The position numbers were made by a program, and so were the translations under genes. Below, in pieces: positions 59,643-64,000 of a stretch of 64,000 nt of DNA. Each line of letters starts with the position of its first letter. Position 1 is the stretch's first letter. Location: positions 1,248,001 through 1,312,000 of the forward strand of contig OZ245838.1 in assembly GCA_965228735.1 (NCBI GenBank), written 5' to 3'. This stretch comes from Planctomycetota bacterium (GTDB lineage: Bacteria; Planctomycetota; UBA1135; UBA2386). The notes beneath the pieces were generated by a model. That model ran no database searches and had not been told where the DNA came from. It saw only the letters and a list, made by a program, of their open reading frames with translations.

Positions 59643-60632
59643 CTACCACCGGACAACGATATGGCCCCAGGTCATGCCGGCACCGAACGCGGGCATGACG
59701 ACGAGCTTGCCCTTCTCGAGCCGCCCTTCGTCGTAGGCTTCCCGCAGCGCCATCGGCACCGAGGCCGCGGACGTGTTGCCGTACTTCTCGATGTTGCAGA
59801 ACAGCTTGTCCATCGGGACGTCGATCTTCTCCATCGCGTTCTCGATGATCCGCTGGTTGACCTGGTGCGGGATGATCACGCCGATCTCGTCCATCCCGTA
59901 CTCGTCGATCACCTTCTGCACGAGCTCGGCGAAGATGCGCACGGCGAACTTGTAGACCTTCGTGCCGCCCATCTTCATGAAGTGCAGCCCGGCCTCGACC
60001 GTCGCCGCCGTCGCCGGGTGCCGACTGCCGCCGGCCGGCTGCGCGAGCACGTCCTCGGCGTTGCCCTCCATGCCCATCGAACCGCCGAGGTACTCACCCT
60101 GGCCGGCGCGATCGAGCGTCGAGAACACGGCCGCCCCGGCGCCGTCGCCGAACAGCACGCACGTGTTGCGATCCTTGTAGTCGAGGATGCGACTCAGGAC
60201 CTCCGCGCCGACGACGAGCACGTTCTTCGCCTGGCCGGTCGCGATCAGGCTCGTCGCGTTCTGCGCCGCGAGCACGAAGCCGCTGCACGCGGCCCCCAGG
60301 TCGTAGCCCCCGGCGTTCTTCGCGCCGAGGTCGTAGCCGATGCGGCACGCGGTCGCGGGGAACAGCTGGTCCGGCGTGACCGTCGCGCAGAAGATCATGT
60401 CGAGCTCCTCGGGCGCCATGTTGGCGTCCGCGAGGGCCTGCTGCGCGGCCTTGGTCGACATCGAGCTCGTGACCTCGTCCGGCGCGGCGATGCGACGCGC
60501 GCCGATGCCGGTGCGCTGCATGATCCACTCGTCGGACGTGTCGACGATCTTCTCGAGATCGTGGTTCGTGAGCGTCTTCTCGGGCACGTACTTGCCCATG
60601 CCCGCGATGCCTACAGGGATCAGTTCTGGCAT
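59643..60632 (-). CDS. fabH: 3-oxoacyl-ACP synthase III
   Basis: AACSGF, FGDGAGA, PHQ.N, GNTSAAS. Confidence 0.95.
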   Translation of the reverse strand: MPELIPVGIAGMGKYVPEKTLTNHDLEKIVDTSDEWIMQRTGIGARRIAAPDEVTSSMSTKAAQQALADANMAPEELDMIFCATVTPDQLFPATACRIGYDLGAKNAGGYDLGAACSGFVLAAQNATSLIATGQAKNVLVVGAEVLSRILDYKDRNTCVLFGDGAGAAVFSTLDRAGQGEYLGGSMGMEGNAEDVLAQPAGGSRHPATAATVEAGLHFMKMGGTKVYKFAVRIFAELVQKVIDEYGMDEIGVIIPHQVNQRIIENAMEKIDVPMDKLFCNIEKYGNTSAASVPMALREAYDEGRLEKGKLVVMPAFGAGMTWGHIVVRW

Positions 60633-60698
60633 TCGACCGTTCCGTTCAGTGTTGGCTCTTCTGTGACTCGACTGAGTGACTCGACTGGCTTGGCGCGC

Positions 60699-61718
60699 TC
60701 AGCCGTTGGCATCCGCGGCCGGCGGCTCCATCCCCTCGGCCGCCTGGACGATGTGCTGGTTGACGTTGCTCTCGAGCGCGCGCTTGGCGAAGCGGATCGC
60801 GTTGGCGAACGCCGGCGCTTCCGAGCGACCGTGACAGATCGTGACGATGCCCTCGACGCCGAGCAGCAACGCGCCGCCGTACTCCGAGAAGTCGACCTTC
60901 GGCATCACGCTGTGGAACACCTGCTGGATCGCGGCCGGCGCGATCCCGGCCTCGAGCATCGCGCTCTTGAAGTTGTGCAGCAGGTACTCGGCCGCGCCCT
61001 CGCTCGACTTCAGCAGGACGTTGCCGGAGAAGCCATCGGTGACGACGACGTGGCAGTCGCCGGAGAAGATCTCCGTGCCCTCGATGTTGCCGTGAAACTC
61101 GATGGGCATCGCCTTGATGAGCTCCCGCGCCTGCTGCACGAGCGAGTTGCCCTTGCCCTCCTCGCTGCCGATGTTCAGGATCCCGACGCGGGGCGAATCG
61201 ACCTCGAGCGTGCCCTGATAGTACGCCGATCCCATGATCGCGAACTGCGCCAGGTGGTGCGCCTTGGGCTGCGCGTTGGCGCCGACGTCGAGCACGAGGA
61301 ACGGGTTCTTCTGCCCGTGGATGATCGCCGCGATCGCCGGCCGGCGGATGCCCTTGAGGCACCGCAGCCCGAGCGTCGCGCTCGCGACCACGGTGCCGGT
61401 CGAACCCGCGCTGATGAACGCTCCGGCGTGGCCTGCCTTCACGAGCCCGACGCCGACCGCGATGCTGTTCTTCGGCTTCCTGCGGACGGCGTCCATCGGC
61501 GAGTCGCTGCACGTCAGCACGTCGGGCGCGTCGTGCACCTCGACCTCGGCAGGATCGAGGCCGGCCTCGCCGAGCGCGGCCTCGACCGCGACCTTCGGCC
61601 CGGTCAGCACGACCTCCGAAGCGGCGACATAGCCACGTTCCACCGCCAGCGCCACGCCGGCGACGGCCTCCTTCGGGGCGTGATCGCCTCCGACGGCATC
61701 GAGCACAACCTTGGTCAC
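60699..61718 (-). CDS. plsX: Phosphate acyltransferase
   Basis: LDAVGGDHAP, LDVGAN, NIGSEEGKG, VTDGFSGNV.LK, GGALLLG..HG. Confidence 0.95.
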   Translation of the reverse strand: MTKVVLDAVGGDHAPKEAVAGVALAVERGYVAASEVVLTGPKVAVEAALGEAGLDPAEVEVHDAPDVLTCSDSPMDAVRRKPKNSIAVGVGLVKAGHAGAFISAGSTGTVVASATLGLRCLKGIRRPAIAAIIHGQKNPFLVLDVGANAQPKAHHLAQFAIMGSAYYQGTLEVDSPRVGILNIGSEEGKGNSLVQQARELIKAMPIEFHGNIEGTEIFSGDCHVVVTDGFSGNVLLKSSEGAAEYLLHNFKSAMLEAGIAPAAIQQVFHSVMPKVDFSEYGGALLLGVEGIVTICHGRSEAPAFANAIRFAKRALESNVNQHIVQAAEGMEPPAADANG

Positions 61719-61916
61719 ACGTACGACTCCACTAGGACTTGAGACGAGAACGATCCGCCAGGGACCGGTCGGGTGTCGGCTGGCCGACATCCCGAGCACG
61801 CTCACGACGCGGGCTCCGCTGCCGCACGCCGTCGCCAGGCCGCCCGCGGTGCGACTGCCGAGCGGCGAGACCCCCGCTCGGCCGCCCTCGCGGCGCCCGT
61901 GGCTTCAGAGCGCCGA

Positions 61917-62096
61917 CTAGTCGGCCGCCCGCAGGATCTGACGGCCGCGGTAGTGGCCGCAGGCCTTGCAGATCGTGTGGGGTCGAATCATCGCGCCGCA
62001 GTGGGTGCAACGCACGAGCTGAGCCCGCTGGAGGTGCAGGTGGGCACGACGGTGGCCCTTGTTGGCGCGGCTGATCTTTCGCTTGGGTACTGCCAT
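61917..62096 (-). CDS. rpmF: 50S ribosomal protein L32
   Basis: MAVPKRKISRANKGHRRAH..CTHCG..PHTICKACGHYRGR. Confidence 0.95.
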   Translation of the reverse strand: MAVPKRKISRANKGHRRAHLHLQRAQLVRCTHCGAMIRPHTICKACGHYRGRQILRAAD

Positions 62097-62296
62097 TTGG
62101 AGTGCCGTAGGTCGGGGCGCGGCTCGCTGGCGGGCCGTCACCCGGAAATGAAGGGCGAGGACTGTACGCCGAGTGCCGGCGAAGTCAACGCGTCGTCTGG
62201 CTTTGTAGCGGCCGGGAACCGGGGTGGCCGACGGCACCCGCGAAACCTCGAACTGGTCCGGCCGCCCGGGTTTGCGCCGAGTCGCCGGGCGGCGGG

Positions 62297-64000
62297 TCAG
62301 CGCAATCCGGCTGCCGTCAGCGCGGCCAGGGCGGCCTCGCGCGCGGCGGGCAGCTGGGCCGGGTTCTTGCCCTTGCCCTGCGCCATCTCCGGCCGGCCGC
62401 CGCCGCCGCCGCCGAGCACGGTCGCGACCGCCTTGACCAGAGCGCCGGCCTTTACCTTGTCCGTCAGCGACTTGCTCACGACCGCGCAGACGTGGACCGC
62501 GTCGTCGTGAGCGCTCAGGCCGACCCCGACGAACGGCTCGCAGCTCTGCTGCGCGCGACTCATCACCTCCTGCAGGTCCTTGGACTGCAGCTTCGGACGT
62601 TCGTAGATCGCGGTGCGCACCCCGTCCTTCTCGGTCGCGTCGGCCTTGATGCGCTCGACCTCGGCGCCGAAGTCCGGCGCCAGCGCCTTCTCCAGCTCCT
62701 TGCGCGTCGCCTTCAGCTCGTCGGCGAGTTCGTGCACGCGCTCGGCCACGCGCGTCGGCGGGACCTTGAGCGATTGCGCGAGGCTGTTCAGCTCGCGTTG
62801 CTCAGCGCGCGCATGGTGCAATGCGGTCTGCCCCGTGACGGCCTCGAGCCGGCGCGTGCCGGCCGCGACCGCGGTCTCCGCGACGATTCGAAACGTGCCG
62901 ATATTGCCCGTGTTCGCGACGTGCGTGCCGCCGCAGAGTTCCTTGCTGAACTCACCCACCTGCAGGGTGCGCACCTCATCGCCGTACTTCTCGCCGAAGA
63001 GCGCGACGAAGCCGCTCTGGCGCGCCTCGGTCAGCGGCCGCAAACGCGCTTCGACCTGCGTCGCCGCGAGCACCTCCGCATTGACCATGTCCTCGACGGC
63101 GTCGAGTTGCGCGGTCGTCGGCTTCTCGGGTTGGGTGTAGTCGAACCGCAGCCGCTCCGGCGCGACCTCCGACCCGGCCTGGCTCACGTGGTCACCGAGC
63201 ACGCGCTTCAGCGCCTCGTGCAGCAGGTGCGTCGCGGTGTGATTGCGTTCGGTCGCGCGCCGCGCGTTCGCATCGACCGCGAGCATCGCCGGCTGGCCGA
63301 CCTCGAACGTGCCCTGCTCGACCTCGAGTTCGTGCAGGTGATAACCGTCGAGCGCCGTGGTGTTGACGATGCGGCCGCGGCCGGTCGCCGTCGTGACGGT
63401 GCCGCGATCGCCGACCTGACCGCCACCCTGCGCGTAGAACGGCGTCGTGCCGACGACGAGCAGCGCCTTCGCCGGCATCTCAGCCCCACCGCTCTTCGAT
63501 CCGGCCCCGGCCGCCACCTTCGACAACATGACGTCACCCTCGCCGACGAGCGCCTGGATCTTGGCCTCGGTCGTGAGCCGCTCGTAGCCGACGAACTTGC
63601 TGACGTCGTGACCGTCGTCGCGCAGCTTGACCGCGACGCTCGCCGTGAACACCGCCTCGGACGTGCTCGCGCTCGCGCGCGCACGCTCGCGCTGCGCCGA
63701 CATCGCGGCCTCGAACCCGTTGCGGTCGAGCTTGAACCCGCGCTCGCTGAGCACCTTCTCGGTGATGTCGATCGGGAAGCCGTAGGTGTCGTGCAATTCG
63801 AAGGCGAACTCGCCCGTCCCGGGCGTCGCCGAGCCTTCGATCACGCTGCCGCGCGCCGTGACGTTGCCGCCGCCGTCGCCACCGGCGCGATCGCCCGCGA
63901 GCTCGGCGAGGAACTTGTCGAGCCGCTGCATGCCCTGACGATAGACCGTGAGGAACGTCTCCTCCTCGCCGCGGATCACCGCGCGGCACTGGCCGGCGCT
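62297..64000 (-). CDS. alaS: Alanine--tRNA ligase, 3' part
   Basis: HDTYGFP, TPFYAQGGGQVGD, NHTATHLLH, ELCGGTHV, GGGGGRPEMAQG. Confidence 0.96.
   Translation of the reverse strand, partial: SAGQCRAVIRGEEETFLTVYRQGMQRLDKFLAELAGDRAGGDGGGNVTARGSVIEGSATPGTGEFAFELHDTYGFPIDITEKVLSERGFKLDRNGFEAAMSAQRERARASASTSEAVFTASVAVKLRDDGHDVSKFVGYERLTTEAKIQALVGEGDVMLSKVAAGAGSKSGGAEMPAKALLVVGTTPFYAQGGGQVGDRGTVTTATGRGRIVNTTALDGYHLHELEVEQGTFEVGQPAMLAVDANARRATERNHTATHLLHEALKRVLGDHVSQAGSEVAPERLRFDYTQPEKPTTAQLDAVEDMVNAEVLAATQVEARLRPLTEARQSGFVALFGEKYGDEVRTLQVGEFSKELCGGTHVANTGNIGTFRIVAETAVAAGTRRLEAVTGQTALHHARAEQRELNSLAQSLKVPPTRVAERVHELADELKATRKELEKALAPDFGAEVERIKADATEKDGVRTAIYERPKLQSKDLQEVMSRAQQSCEPFVGVGLSAHDDAVHVCAVVSKSLTDKVKAGALVKAVATVLGGGGGGRPEMAQGKGKNPAQLPAAREAALAALTAAGLR

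Overview
High-GC bacterial chromosomal window, probably Planctomycetota (inferred from a DUF1580-like HTH and the style of the secreted proteins). Most of it is housekeeping: tRNA-Val, ald, uppP, mtnA, purC, aroA, a K+/H+ antiporter, TPP riboswitch-thiC, a PhoBR-like two-component system, an HtrA protease, M32 carboxypeptidase, GH2, Nfu, ddl, a ROK kinase, fabF-acpP-fabG-fabH-plsX-rpmF and partial alaS. The main observation is a 17.36-kb element integrated at tRNA-Leu(CAA), with a 55-bp direct repeat at 32386-32440 and 49746-49800 and paired arm-type repeats at both ends. It encodes an intact tyrosine integrase, Xis-like HTH proteins and a replication-initiator-like protein with internal iteron-like repeats. 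It also carries a lambda-like cos sequence directly upstream of a Nu1-like small terminase, an S49 prohead protease/scaffold, a short head-decoration-like protein, a 695-aa tail tape measure protein and an Ogr/Delta-like Zn finger. I recognise no large terminase, portal, major capsid, other tail or lysis genes. It looks like a phage satellite (PICI-like) that may redirect both head assembly and tail length of a helper phage; a decayed prophage is the alternative. It also carries an opposite-strand defence-like cargo, including a coupled higB-higA(Xre-ImmA)-HEPN-nuclease operon. All family assignments come from motif recognition by eye, not database searches.
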